The position numbers were made by a program, and so were the translations under genes. DNA of 64,000 nucleotides from an uncultured Gemmatimonadaceae bacterium (GTDB lineage Bacteria > Gemmatimonadota > Gemmatimonadetes > Gemmatimonadales > Gemmatimonadaceae): contig OY970320.1 in NCBI GenBank assembly GCA_963716745.1, forward strand, positions 672,001-736,000, given 5' to 3'. The notes beneath the pieces were generated by a model, which was not told where the DNA came from, made no database searches, and saw only the letters and a list, made by a program, of their open reading frames with translations. Shown one piece after another: positions 45,934 through 58,339 of this stretch; position 1 is the stretch's first letter; every line of letters begins with the position of its first letter.

Positions 45934-48802
45934 TTAGGGCCGGTACGTCAGCGCGACGTAGACGCGCGCTTGATCTCTCCAAGCGCCCTTGAACGCATAG
46001 CCGACACCACCGGCGACGCGAACGCCCGGCAGCCGGGCGAACCAGAATGCCGTCGGTGGAATAACCCGTCTCGACTCCCACGACTTGCTCCCACGCGCCG
46101 AGATCCGAGCCGGCGCTGCCAGCCCAGAAATACGGCCTCAGGCCGAATATCGGAAGGGCGGCAGAAACGGTGGCCATCCGCTTGCCGACCTGTACGCCCG
46201 CCGGAATCGCCGGCATTGCGATCCGCTGCGAGTAAAGCGCGTCGTCGATGAAGGGCGGTGCCGAGCCGCCCAGGGAGAATTGTTCGAATGCGGCGTTCGC
46301 ATTGCTCATCTCACCGAATTGCCCGCTCAGCTCGACGCCGATGAGATCGGTGCCGCCCGAGAGCGTGAGCGCGGTGGTGTACCGCGTCCACGACTCGCCG
46401 TTCGTGCGCCCCGCGCTCGCCGAGAGCGCGATCGCCGCCGAAACGGTGCGGGTCTCGAAGCTGTGCGCGAATACTCCGCGATAATCCGCGAAGGCGAGAT
46501 TCCGCTCGCTCCAGCCTGGATCCGAATCGGCGAACGACGCGACGGACCCGCCCGCGTTCAGACGCTGCTTGTTGGTGATATAGTCGCGCGCCCACGTTCC
46601 CTTGAGAAGGAAACCAGTGCTCCCCGCGTCGAGCACGTCCGGTGCTGCGAAGCCCCACTGCAACGCCGGATCGTTCCGCCAGGTGAACCACTCGCCGAGC
46701 ACCTCTATCGGCCAACCGCGCCACGCGGCTGCTGCTGAGCCGCCATCCCAGCCGCCCTTGGTGCCGATCATTCCTTGCGCGACCCACGTGAGTTTCCCCA
46801 CGGGATCGAGTCCGCTCAGCATGAGTCCGGCGCTGGACCCGTCCGCGCCATAGAGGAAACTCGGCAAAAATCGCAGGCTGCGCGGTCCCAGCCCGTATGG
46901 CTTGGGCGACAAGCCGGCCACCGGGAATGTGTCGGTGGCAACCGGTGGCGCGCGCACCGCCGGAGCGAGCGCGAGATCGAAGGACGGCGCCGCGCCTGGA
47001 GCCGCGCTTCGTTCCACTCGAGCGAGATCGTAGCCGTGCGGCGTGAGCCGCGTGAAATACACCGAGCTGTCGCCGCGCGATGGCTCCGGCGCGCGCACCG
47101 CCGAGATGACGCGCGTGAGCGGCCGCGCGCCGCCGGTGGCGAGGTCGATCTCCTCGACGTTCGGCACGCCGCCGGCCTCGGAGACGACGAGCAGCCGCTT
47201 TCCATCCGCGCTCCACGCGGGATCGTAGCGGTTCGCGCCATCCGCGGGACCGATCTCTCGCACCGCGCCGCCGGTGACGTCCATCAGCACCACGCGCCAG
47301 GCGCCGTCCGCATGGCGCGCCGCCGCGATCGTACGGCCGTCGGGCGAGATGCGCGGACGCAGATAGGTCACGCGTGGCGCGCCCGCGGCGATCGTCGTGA
47401 TCGCACCCGTCGCGAGGTCCACGCGCACCACGCTGCAGATCCCGTCCACGCAACGGTCTGCGACGGCGCCGCGGCCGTCGGGCATCGCGTCGGCGTGCAG
47501 GATGCCGCCCGCGTGCGTGATCCGCTTCACGCGATCGCTCGCCGGCTCCCACATGAACAGATCGCTGCGCGATACGCCGTCGCCGGGGCCGGTCGCGCGC
47601 GTCACGAGCAACCGTTTCCCGTCCGGCATCCATCGCGGCACGAAGAAGGACGCTCCGCCCTGCGGGTAACGCGTGTTCGCCGCCTTCAACGGCGCCGGCC
47701 GCCACGGGATGCCGGCGACATCGAGCGAGTCGCGCTCGTGCGCCTTGGCCGCGCGATGCGCGGCGCCGGTGTCGGCGCTCGGATGCAGCGGCCAGATCAC
47801 CACCGTGGTCGGATCGGTGGGCGAATCGCGCGTGAGTGCCACGAACGAGTCGTTCGGCGAGATGGCCGGCGCGCCGGTGAACCACGTGAGTCGCTGCACC
47901 GTGCTCGGCGCCGTGTCGGGCGTGATGATCGCTCGAGCCGCTACCGCGCGCACGGTCACGTCGGCGGTGAACTGGCCGTACAATTCCGCCGGCGGCGCCC
48001 CGAACACGCCGGCGAACGCCTCGTTGAAATCGCGATCGATGCGCGCGCTCATTCGGCGCCACACGTGCGCCAGGCTCGAGTCGCTCTGCCCCGGCCGCGC
48101 CACGAGCCACTCGAGATACGCGGACCCGACGAGGTACGCCATGTTCCCGCCGAGGAATCGCTGATCGCCGTTGAGCTGCGCGTACGTCGGGAGCTGACCG
48201 CTCAGCGCCCAATCGCGCAGGATCGCCGCGCGCCACGCGCTGTGCGGGCGTCCGCTTCCCGTCACGCGGCCCTCGATGAACGTCGCGTACCCTTCGATGA
48301 CCCACCGCGGCGAGCGCTCGGCGACCGGTCCGAGGTCCAGCGCCCACCCGAGCGACGGGAATCGTCCTTCCCCGCCGCGCGGTGCGATGGACAGATGCGC
48401 GATGTGCGCGTATTCGTGCACCGAGAGCAGGTCGCCCCAGCCGCGTGAATCACCGGTGCCACTCGTGGGATCGGGCGGTGTCGGCCAGAAGAACACCACC
48501 GGCGCGTGCAGGAACGGGAGGGCGAACCCGTTCGCCATGTTGTTCGGATCCTCGACGATCACCGTGACTCTCGCGCGCGGCGCGTTCCCGACCATCGCTG
48601 AAACCGCGGCGTACGCGCCGTCGATCCGCGCTGCCATGTCGAGGGCCCACGCTTCCGCGCGCCGCGGATAGAGCACGGTGAAGTGCTTCGTCTCGACCGA
48701 TCTCCATTCGAGGCTCGGCGTGACGATGCCGTCCTGTGCGCCGGCCGCGAGCGGCGCGAGCACCAGCAGGAGCACGCACGCGACCGGCGTGGGGATCCGC
48801 AT
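45934..48802 (-). CDS. exported zinc-metallopeptidase-like + TolB/PD40 beta-propeller + probable outer-membrane beta-barrel protein; frameshift near 46045
   Basis: Signal peptide; HEYAH...WVIEGYA; repeats PAISPND, PRWMPDG, PRISPDG, PAWSADG; amphipathic beta-strand C-terminus ending ARVYVALTYRP* in the shifted frame. Confidence 0.75.
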
Positions 48803-48865
48803 GGCGACAATGATGGCGGCGCGCGGTGCTTCCAACAACCGCCGCCGCTGTTAGTTTGTGGTGGC

Positions 48866-49333
48866 ATGCAACTCGACTCCCTCATTCGAACCCTCCCCAA
48901 CGGCGCGTGCCCGCTGAGCGATGTCGCGACGGCGGGTCAGATCTCCCGGGCGCAGGTGGCCGAGATCGCGGCCGCGGGCGTGAAGACGGTGGTCGATACG
49001 CGCGCCGAGTCGGAGCCGCGCGGCTTCGATGAAGCGCCGGCGATTCGCGCGGCGGGCATGGAGTACATCCTCATCCCCGTCACGCCCGCGACACTCAATG
49101 ACGCGGTGTACGACCGGTTCCTCTCGGTGATGCGCGATCCCGCGCGCCGCCCCATGCTGGTGCACTGCGCCAGCTCGAATCGCGTGGGCGGGCTGCTCCT
49201 GCCGTACTTCATTCTCGACGAGCGGCTCGACGAACAGGCGGCGCTCCAGCTGGCGCAGGAGGCGGGGCTGCGCAGTCCGGAGTACGCGTCGATGGGGCTC
49301 GACTACGCGCGCCGCCACGCGAAGGCGGGCTGA
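48866..49333 (+). CDS. DUF442/Blh phosphatase-like sulfurtransferase
   Basis: TAGQIS, GVKTVVDTR, GMEYILIPV, PMLVHCASSNR. Confidence 0.82.
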   Translation: MQLDSLIRTLPNGACPLSDVATAGQISRAQVAEIAAAGVKTVVDTRAESEPRGFDEAPAIRAAGMEYILIPVTPATLNDAVYDRFLSVMRDPARRPMLVHCASSNRVGGLLLPYFILDERLDEQAALQLAQEAGLRSPEYASMGLDYARRHAKAG

Positions 49334-49338
49334 CCGCC

Positions 49339-50766
<1,428 letters not shown>

Positions 50767-50827
50767 TGCATCGTACATCGTGCATCGTGCGTCGATGCAC
50801 GCGGCACGATGGACGATGCGCGTATCA
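50767..50827. repeat. heptamer-arm hairpin (CATCGTG / CACGATG) between convergent genes
   Basis: catcgta catcgtg catcgtg ... cacgatg gacgatg. Confidence 0.75.
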
Positions 50828-51625
50828 TCCCAGCGCGCGCTTCTTGAACGTCCGGATCCCCATCGACCAGAAGAGCGCGTTGATCGCGACCAGTCCCGCG
50901 AGCGAGGCCCAGACCGGCATGTGGGGGAGCGACGGCGTGAGCGTGCCGCGAAGACCCTCGGCCACGTACACGAGCGGATTGATCAGCACGATGTACTTGA
51001 GCACCGGCACGATGCTCATGGCCTGCCACGGATAGTACGCGCAGCCGAAGAAGATCATCGGCGTGAGGATCACGCCGAACATCAGGCCGATCTGCTCAGG
51101 ATTCAGGACTGTTCCCAGCCAGAGCGCGAACGTCGAGAAGGCGCCCGCGCCGAGCAGCGTGAACAGGATCACGAGCGCGAAGTGCGACACCGTGAGTCCC
51201 GCGATCGGACCCATGATCAACCGCGCGACGGGCAGCAGGAAAAGCACAGCGATCAGCCCCGCGACCGAGCCCCAGAGCACTTTCGTGAGCGCGAGATACT
51301 GCATGTCGATCGGGGCGAGCAAGCGGTCCTCGATCTCCTTCGTGACGCCGAAGTCCACGATCATCGGGAACGACACCGACATCATGCTCGACAGCATCAG
51401 GCTGATCGCGCAGATGCCCGGCAGCAGTGCGCCCCCGTATCCGCCCTGCACGAACCCCATGCGCGGCAGCATGAAGCCGAAGACGATCACCACGAGCAGC
51501 GGCTGGAGCGTCGTGCGCAGCAGGAAGAAGGGCAGCTCGCGACGCGCCACGCGAAGCTCGCGGCGGCAGAGCGCGCCGAAGATCCACAGCGTGCCCTTGC
51601 GCTCGGGCAGAGCGGCGGTGGTCAC
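50825..51625 (-). CDS. ABC-2 type transporter permease
   Basis: GTG start after GGAAG; LQPLL, LLPGI, EIEDRLLAPI, FFGCAYYP, INPLVYVAEGLR. Confidence 0.88.
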   Translation of the reverse strand: MTTAALPERKGTLWIFGALCRRELRVARRELPFFLLRTTLQPLLVVIVFGFMLPRMGFVQGGYGGALLPGICAISLMLSSMMSVSFPMIVDFGVTKEIEDRLLAPIDMQYLALTKVLWGSVAGLIAVLFLLPVARLIMGPIAGLTVSHFALVILFTLLGAGAFSTFALWLGTVLNPEQIGLMFGVILTPMIFFGCAYYPWQAMSIVPVLKYIVLINPLVYVAEGLRGTLTPSLPHMPVWASLAGLVAINALFWSMGIRTFKKRALG

Positions 51626-52597
51626 TGGAGCTTCCTCCCGGTGAGCGAGATGAACAGCGTTTCGAGACTCGGTGGTGCGAGAATGGATATCCGCCACCGT
51701 GCGGCCGCTCTGCTCCGCCGCGCGCACGAGCGAGGCGACCGATTCGCCGGCGCGCTCGGCGTACACCCTCGCTGTGTTGCCGTCCGCTTCGGCGCGCAGC
51801 ACGCCCGGCAGCGCACGCGACGAGGCCGCGAGCGCCGCGGCGTCGCCATCGAGCGTGATCTCAATGAGCGTGCCGCCGGGCGCGCGCGACTTGAGCGACG
51901 CCGGCGTGTCTACCGCGAGCAACTGGCCGCGATCCACGATCGCGACGCGTTCGCACAGCTCGTCCGCCTCTTCCATGTAATGCGTCGTCATCACGATCGC
52001 GCGCCCCTGCGCGTGGAGTCCGCGCAGGATGTCCCACAGATCGTGACGCGCCTGCGGATCGAGACCCACCGTGGGCTCGTCGAGGAAGAGCACTTCGGGT
52101 TCGTGGATGAGCGCGCGGGCGATCATCATGCGCTGCTGCTGCCCGCCGGAGAGCTTGTCGACCTTCACGTCGGCTTTCTCGGCGATCTGGAACTGTTCGA
52201 GCAACGCCGACGCGCGCGGATCCGCCTCGCGATACGGGATGCCGAAGTACGCCGCGTGGAAGATGAGATTCTCGCGCACCGTGAGCTGACGGTCGGCGTT
52301 CGGCCGCTGCGGCACGACGCCAATGCGTCGCCGCACCTCCACCGCGTCCCGCAGCACGTCGCGGCCGGCCACGGTGGCCGTACCCGACGTGGGCAGCACG
52401 CGCGTCGTCAGGATCCCGATGGTGGTCGTCTTCCCCGCCCCGTTCGGCCCGAGCAAGCCGAAGAATTCGCCGCCCCGCACCTCGAGGTCGAGCGCGTCGA
52501 GCGCGATCACGGGCTGCGCCGCCGGTGACTTCTTCTTCCCGCGCACGGTGGGCGCATCGTACACCTTCCGCAGCGCTCTGGTCTCGATCGAATTCAT
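51622..52597 (-). CDS. ABC-2 transporter ATP-binding protein (DrrA/NodI-like); frameshift near 51680
   Basis: GPNGAGKTT, LSGGQQQR, FLDEPT, TTHYMEEA; C-terminus PSLETLFISLTGRKLQ in the shifted frame. Confidence 0.9.
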
Positions 52598-52652
52598 GGC
52601 GCTCAACTTATCGCAGGTGCGAACGCGGCGAAATGCGTGCATAGTATCCACC

Positions 52653-53876
52653 ATGCTCACCATCAAGATCCTCGCCCTCGCGACGCTCCTGCTCAAGCCC
52701 GCTCACGTGTTCGATGGCACCGCCATGCACGACGGCTGGGTGGTGCTCGTGCGCGGCGACCGCATCGCCGCCGTCGGCCCCGCGGCGCAGGTCGGCGCAC
52801 CCGCCGATGCCACGGTGATCGATCTCCCCGGCATGACCCTCATGCCCGGCATGATCGAAGGACATTCGCATCTCTTCCTGCATCCCTACAACGAGACACC
52901 ATGGGATGTGCAGGTGCTCAAAGAGCCGCTCGCCCTACGCACCGCGCGCGCGGTGACTCAGGCGCGCGCGACGCTCGTGGCCGGCTTCACGAGCGAGCGG
53001 GACCTCGGCACGGAGGGCGCCGGCGACGCCGACGTGGGACTCAAGATGGCGATCGAGCAAGGGATCATTCCGGGCCCGCGGCTCATCGTCGTCACGCGCG
53101 CGATCGTCGCCACTGGATCGTACGGTCCCAAGGGATTCGATCCGCGCTGGGATGTGCCGCAGGGCGCGCAGCAGGCCGACGGCATCGAAGGCGTCACGCA
53201 CGCGGTGCGCGAGCAGATCGGCAAGGGCGCTGACTGGATCAAGGTGTACGCCGATTACCGGTGGGGCCCGAACGGCGAGACGCGGCCCACGTTCACCCAG
53301 GAGGAGCTGACGCAGATCGTGCTGGTGGCGCGCAGCTCCGGACGACCGGTGGCGGCGCATGCGTCGAGCGCCGAAGCGGTGAAACGCGCGGTGCTCGCCG
53401 GGGTCGAAACCGTGGAACACGCGGACGGCGGCACCGCCGAGACGTTCGCGCTCATGGCGCAGAAGGGCGTGGCGCTCTGTCCGACGCTCGCCGCCGACGA
53501 CGCGATCGCGCGCTATCGTGGATGGAAGGCCGGCGTGGACAGCGAGCCCGCGATGATCACCGCGAAACGGGCGAGCTTCAAGCTCGCGCTCGCCGCCGGC
53601 GTCACGATCTGCATGGGCGGCGACGTGGGCGTGTTCACGCACGGCGAGAACGTGCGCGAGATGGAATTGATGGCCGCGTGGGGCATGTCACCGCTCGCTG
53701 TGCTCCGCTCGGCCACATCGGTGAATGCCAAGGTATTCCACATCGACGACAAGGTCGGCTCGATCAAACCGGGGCTGCTCGCGGACCTCATCGCCGTGGA
53801 AGGGGATCCGAGCACGAACATCAAGGCGCTGTGGAAGGTGAAGCTCGTGATGAAAGGCGGCGAGATCATTCACTAG
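52653..53876 (+). CDS. metal-dependent amidohydrolase (prolidase/Xaa-Pro dipeptidase-like)
   Basis: PGMIEGHSH, GFTSERDLG, GADWIK, VAAHA, TVEH, GGDVG, GSIKPGLLADLIAV. Confidence 0.88.
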   Translation: MLTIKILALATLLLKPAHVFDGTAMHDGWVVLVRGDRIAAVGPAAQVGAPADATVIDLPGMTLMPGMIEGHSHLFLHPYNETPWDVQVLKEPLALRTARAVTQARATLVAGFTSERDLGTEGAGDADVGLKMAIEQGIIPGPRLIVVTRAIVATGSYGPKGFDPRWDVPQGAQQADGIEGVTHAVREQIGKGADWIKVYADYRWGPNGETRPTFTQEELTQIVLVARSSGRPVAAHASSAEAVKRAVLAGVETVEHADGGTAETFALMAQKGVALCPTLAADDAIARYRGWKAGVDSEPAMITAKRASFKLALAAGVTICMGGDVGVFTHGENVREMELMAAWGMSPLAVLRSATSVNAKVFHIDDKVGSIKPGLLADLIAVEGDPSTNIKALWKVKLVMKGGEIIH

Positions 53877-53880
53877 CAGA

Positions 53881-53982
53881 GGCGCGTATAGCGTCTAGCA
53901 CGACAACGGCGCGTGTAGTGGCTGGCGAGTTCCCCCAGTCCCCACACGCGCCGTTTCAGTCGTACCAGCCGCTATACGCGCC
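53881..53982. repeat. long imperfect inverted repeat between convergent genes
   Basis: GGCGCGTATAGCG/CGCTATACGCGCC outer stem and AACGGCGCGTGT/ACACGCGCCGTT inner stem; followed by ACGACGC-ACGACTC-ATGACTC heptamers. Confidence 0.8.
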
Positions 53983-54020
53983 GTTCAAGTCCTACGACGC
54001 ACGACTCATGACTCACGCCG

Positions 54021-54386
54021 TCAGTTTTCAAACGTCTGCATCAGATTGCTAGACATGTCCCACGACACGCTCGTCGCATTGATCAGCGTGAACACCTGGG
54101 ACGTCATCTTCTTCCCGCCATTGCTCTGCGCCACGAGCGTGAACTTGTCCGTCGCGTTCGTCGGCGCGTACTTGAACGTGATCTTCTGACCGGGACTCAC
54201 GTTGCCGAGCGTCTGCCTGAACCCGCTCGCGCTCACGATGTACACCGTCACCTGGCCCGGCGGCTGGAAATTGTTGTTCACCACGATCTGAACCTGAGGG
54301 CTGAGCGACACATCGCCGGCCGGCTGCGGCTTGCTGCATCCGATCGCGGCGGCCGCGAGCGCAACGAGTGCCAACGTTTTCCTCAT
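54021..54386 (-). CDS. hypothetical beta-rich lipoprotein
   Basis: MRKTLALVALAAAAIGC lipobox; beta-strand pattern. Confidence 0.75.
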   Translation of the reverse strand: MRKTLALVALAAAAIGCSKPQPAGDVSLSPQVQIVVNNNFQPPGQVTVYIVSASGFRQTLGNVSPGQKITFKYAPTNATDKFTLVAQSNGGKKMTSQVFTLINATSVSWDMSSNLMQTFEN

Positions 54387-54389
54387 GGG

Positions 54390-56066
54390 CTATCTCCTTC
54401 GGGGTTCCGGCGTTCCCTTCATCGGGGGCGCCGCAGGTTTTGCCGACTGATGCTCGGCGACGACGAACAAGTCGTGCTGGCTCGGGACCTGTCGCAGGAG
54501 CTTGAGCGCGATCTCCAACTGCGTATCATCGGCGAGCTCACGCCGCTTCGCCGTAGAATCGCCGAACGCGAAGCGCGCGACGCGGTCGCCGATCAGGCGG
54601 TCCACTTCGGGCGACGCGCTGTCGTACACCGCGCGATCGACTCTGACGCCCGCCGCCGTCAGTTGCGTGTAGAACGTGTTGCGCCACGCCGGCGTGACGG
54701 TGAAATCGGGCTTGACGCTATCCTTCATCACGATCGAGAAATTATACAGCGTGATGTAGAACTCCTGCGATTTCGGCGTCACGGCCTTCAGGAATCGTTG
54801 TTCCACCGACGTCAACGTATCGGGTTGCACGATGACGTCGGGCGTGATCGCGCCGCCGCCCAGCACCGTGCGCCCTGCATCACTGTGGAAGACAGGGCGG
54901 ACCTTCTTCGCCGTGTCACCGCCGGCGGGACATACGGGCTTCACGACCGTGTTGTCGGTCACGGAGGGACAACCCGGCACTGAATCGGGCTCCTCCACGA
55001 GTTCCCCGTTCACGATCTTGCGCTCCTTCTGGATCGAGCGGCCGCTCGGCGTATACCACTTCGCCGTCGTGAGTTTCAGCGCCCAGCCGCCGTCCAGTTG
55101 ATACAGCGACTGCACGAGCCCTTTCCCGAAGCTCGTCGTTCCTACGACCAGCGCGCGATCGTGGTCCTGCAGCGAACCGGCCACGATCTCGCTCGCACTC
55201 GCCGTGTAGCCGTTGATCATGACCACCAGCGGGATCGACGGCGCGATCGGCGCCGCCTTCGCGAGGAAGTTCTCAGGCGGTCCTTCCCGGCCACGCACGC
55301 TCGCGATCTCGAGCCCCGGCTTCAGGAAGAGATTGCTGATCGTGATCGCCTCGCCCACAATGCCGCCGCCGTCGTCACGCAGGTCGATCACCATGCTGCG
55401 CGCGCCCTGCGCCTGCAGCTTCGTCACCGCGTCCGTCACTTCCTGCGCCGCCGTCTCGTTGAATTGCAGCAGCGGGATATAGCCGGTCTTCCCATCGAGC
55501 ATGATCGCGAACGGCACCGCCGGGATGCGGATCACCGCGCGCGTGAATTTCATCGGGATCGGCTGCGGCACGCCGGGACGCGAGAAGGTCACCGCGACGG
55601 TCGTGCCGGGCTTCCCCTTCAGCGAGTCGGTCACCTGCACCAGCCGCCAGCCGCGCGTCGAGCGATCGCCCACCGCGACGATCCGGTCGCCCTCATGCAC
55701 GCCGCCATTCTCCGCGGGCGTATGCGGGTACACGCGGCTCACGACGACGGTGCCTTCCTGGTCCTCTACCAGCATGCCGAGTCCGCCGTAGCGTCCGCCG
55801 GTGCTGGCCGTGAACTCGTCCAGCTCCTTCGGCGAGTACAATGCGGCGTACGGATCCTGGATCTCGCGCACGAGTCCGCGCGCGGCCTTCTCGTAGAGAT
55901 CGCCGGTGCCGATCGAATCGACATAGCGCATCGACACGTACTGGAGCACTTCGTCGAACAGCCGCGCCGAGTCACGCTCCTTGCGCGCGCCGAGGACGAA
56001 TCCTCCGGCGACGAGCGGCAGGGCGACGGCGGCGGCGATGGTGAACTGGCGGATGCGCGGGGACAT
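54390..56066 (-). CDS. ctpA: S41 carboxy-terminal processing protease
   Basis: DPYAALY, PDZ GGLGM, IDLRDDGGG, TASASEIVAGSLQDHDRA, SFGKGLVQ, AKWYTPSGRSIQ. Confidence 0.93.
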   Translation of the reverse strand: MSPRIRQFTIAAAVALPLVAGGFVLGARKERDSARLFDEVLQYVSMRYVDSIGTGDLYEKAARGLVREIQDPYAALYSPKELDEFTASTGGRYGGLGMLVEDQEGTVVVSRVYPHTPAENGGVHEGDRIVAVGDRSTRGWRLVQVTDSLKGKPGTTVAVTFSRPGVPQPIPMKFTRAVIRIPAVPFAIMLDGKTGYIPLLQFNETAAQEVTDAVTKLQAQGARSMVIDLRDDGGGIVGEAITISNLFLKPGLEIASVRGREGPPENFLAKAAPIAPSIPLVVMINGYTASASEIVAGSLQDHDRALVVGTTSFGKGLVQSLYQLDGGWALKLTTAKWYTPSGRSIQKERKIVNGELVEEPDSVPGCPSVTDNTVVKPVCPAGGDTAKKVRPVFHSDAGRTVLGGGAITPDVIVQPDTLTSVEQRFLKAVTPKSQEFYITLYNFSIVMKDSVKPDFTVTPAWRNTFYTQLTAAGVRVDRAVYDSASPEVDRLIGDRVARFAFGDSTAKRRELADDTQLEIALKLLRQVPSQHDLFVVAEHQSAKPAAPPMKGTPEPRRR

Positions 56067-56225
56067 GAGCGGAGGGTGAGGCGTGGACGTGCGGCTCTCC
56101 CGCAGAATAGCGGATCGAGGGCGGCGGCGGAATGGTCCGCGTCGCGTGTACTTATAAGACACCGGACGCCCTAACGAAGTTTCAGGCCGCTCGCGCCCGC
56201 GCGGCCGCGCCCGTATCCTCAGGCC

Positions 56226-57497
56226 ATGCCCGCCCCCGCTTCGCGCTCACGACAGCGCTGCCTCGATTGCGCGACCACGTTCGCCGAGCGCGGCGCGCAC
56301 GTCACCTGCCGCGAGTGCGGGGGGTTGCTGGAGATCGTGCACCCGTCGCCGCGTGCGCGCGGCGACGCGCTCGCGAAGCGCTTCGCGAGCCGGCCGGGCT
56401 CCGGCGTGTGGCGCTACCGGGAGTTCGTCATGCCCGGCGCGCCCCGGTCACCCGTGTCGTACCCCGAGGGGAACACGCCGCTCCTGGAGCGGCCGGCGGT
56501 GGACGCGTTCGCGGGCGTTCCGCATCTGTGGCTCAAGCATGAAGGGATGAATCCCACCGGTTCCTTCAAGGATCGCGGCATGACGGTCGCGATCACGCAG
56601 GCCAAGCGCATCGGCGCGCGCGCCGTGGCGTGCGCGACCACGGGCAACACTGGCGCCTCCATGGCGGCGTATGCGGCGCTCGCCGGCATCCCGTCGCTCG
56701 TGTTGGTGCCGGCGCAGGGCGTCTCCACGGCGAAGCTGGCGCAGTCGCTCGCGTACGGCGCGCGCGTGCTGCTGGTGCGCGGCGATTTCGACGACTGTCT
56801 TCGCCTGCTGCGCGAGGCGAGCGATTCGCTCGGCGTGTACCTCGTGAACTCCGTGAATCCGTGGCGCGTCGAGGGACAGAAGACGATCATCTTCGAACTG
56901 CTCGCGCAGCTCGATTGGCGCGCTCCCGCGTGGATCGCCTTCCCGGCCGGCAACCTCGGCAACACCGCCGCGTTCGGCAGCGCACTGCGCGACGCCCACG
57001 CATTCGGACTGATCAAGCGGGTGCCGCGCCTCCTGGCCGTGCAGGCGGCGGGCGCGGCGCCGTTCGCGCTGAGCTTCCGCGATGGATTCCGCACGCGTCA
57101 CCGGGTGCATGCGGAGACCGTCGCGACCGCGATCAAGATCGGCGACCCGGCGTCGTACGCACGCGGTGTGCGCGCCATTCAGGAGACGAATGGCGTTGTC
57201 ACTACCGTGACCGACGCGGAGATCCTCGAAGCCAAGGCGGCGATCGATGCGAGTGGCGTCGGTTGCGAGCCCGCGAGCGCGGCGAGCGTGGCCGGCGTGC
57301 GGCAGTTGCGCGCGAGCGGCGTGATCGGTGCGCGCGAGCGCGTCGCCGCCGTGCTCACCGGACATGTGCTCAAGGATCCCGACATCCTGCTGCGCTACCA
57401 CCGTGACGCCGAGCCGCCGCCGCGCGGCGCGAACCGGCCGGTGGAGATCGACGCGACCGTGCGCGCCGTTGAGCGCGCGATGCGCGCGAGCGGTTGA
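56226..57497 (+). CDS. thrC: threonine synthase
   Basis: N-terminal Zn ribbon; EGNTPL, KHEGMNPTGSFKDRG, NSVNPWRVEGQKT, PAGNLGN, EPASAAS, LTGHVLKD. Confidence 0.9.
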   Translation: MPAPASRSRQRCLDCATTFAERGAHVTCRECGGLLEIVHPSPRARGDALAKRFASRPGSGVWRYREFVMPGAPRSPVSYPEGNTPLLERPAVDAFAGVPHLWLKHEGMNPTGSFKDRGMTVAITQAKRIGARAVACATTGNTGASMAAYAALAGIPSLVLVPAQGVSTAKLAQSLAYGARVLLVRGDFDDCLRLLREASDSLGVYLVNSVNPWRVEGQKTIIFELLAQLDWRAPAWIAFPAGNLGNTAAFGSALRDAHAFGLIKRVPRLLAVQAAGAAPFALSFRDGFRTRHRVHAETVATAIKIGDPASYARGVRAIQETNGVVTTVTDAEILEAKAAIDASGVGCEPASAASVAGVRQLRASGVIGARERVAAVLTGHVLKDPDILLRYHRDAEPPPRGANRPVEIDATVRAVERAMRASG

Positions 57498-57571
57498 CGC
57501 GACGCAGCAGGGACTCAGATTCTCATTGCGAAAACCTGAACGACTTCGTCTTCCCTCACCGATGACGTCTC

Positions 57572-57949
57572 ATGGCGGATGACAGCGCGCGCTGGCTCGC
57601 GCGCAGCGAAAGCCGGCGCATGGTGGGACGCGGCATCGCAATGGTGCTCGCGAGCGCGCTGTTCGGCGCCGCGCTCATCGGCAGCGAGCGGGCCGACCGT
57701 ACGCGCGGTGAGAAGCTCACGCGTGAGCGGTATGAGAAGGATTTCGAATCGTATCGCACCAAGCTGATCGACAGCGCCGACACGCCGGCGCTCACGCTGG
57801 TCATCATGCTGATGTTCGGCACGGTCGCCTTCGCGGCGCTCGAAGGCGCCGGCATCGTGATCGGGATGAGCGTCGGCGCCGTGGATGATGCCCTTGCACG
57901 TCGTAGCGCGCAGCGCCGCGACGCCGTGATCGACGACACCGACGACTGA
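57572..57949 (+). CDS. hypothetical two-TM membrane protein
   Basis: 125 aa ORF with two hydrophobic segments; coding-like composition. Confidence 0.55.
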   Translation: MADDSARWLARSESRRMVGRGIAMVLASALFGAALIGSERADRTRGEKLTRERYEKDFESYRTKLIDSADTPALTLVIMLMFGTVAFAALEGAGIVIGMSVGAVDDALARRSAQRRDAVIDDTDD

Positions 57950-57970
57950 CCCTTTTCACGAGAGGACCCG

Positions 57971-58315
57971 ATGCGCTCCACCCACCCGACGATGGTCACC
58001 ACCGCCCAAACGCTCGCCAACTACAATGTCGTGAAGACGCTCGGCCTCGTGCGCGGCATCACCGTGCGCTCGCGCTCCCTGTTCGGCACGATCGGCGCCG
58101 GCTTCCAGACGATCATGGGCGGCAACATCACGCTGCTCACCTCACTCTGCGAGAAGACACGCGAAGAATCGTACGAACTGATGATGGCCCACGCCGAGGA
58201 GAAGGGCGCGAACGCGGTGATCGCGGTGAGTTACGATGCGACGGAACTGATGCAAGGGGTCACGGAAGTGCTTTGCTACGGTACTGCGGTCGTGGTCCAG
58301 CCGTCAAAGGCATGA
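57971..58315 (+). CDS. YbjQ/UPF0145 family protein
   Basis: LGLVRGITVRSR, GANAVIAVSYD, EVLCYGTAV; RBS GAGGA. Confidence 0.9.
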   Translation: MRSTHPTMVTTAQTLANYNVVKTLGLVRGITVRSRSLFGTIGAGFQTIMGGNITLLTSLCEKTREESYELMMAHAEEKGANAVIAVSYDATELMQGVTEVLCYGTAVVVQPSKA

Positions 58316-58339
58316 CGGCGTGCGTCGCACCGCCAAAGG

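Noticed and set aside
45668..48838. 1056-aa protein with C-terminal TM helices
   Set aside because: Artefactual fusion. The large gene ends at TAA 45934-45936 in the shifted frame, and the 84-aa membrane gene has its own RBS and ATG.
50825..52696. 623-aa fused ABC ATPase-permease in the ORF track
   Set aside because: A frameshift near 51680 hides the ATPase's own C-terminus (PSLETLFISLTGRKLQ*), and the permease has its own GTG start at 51625.
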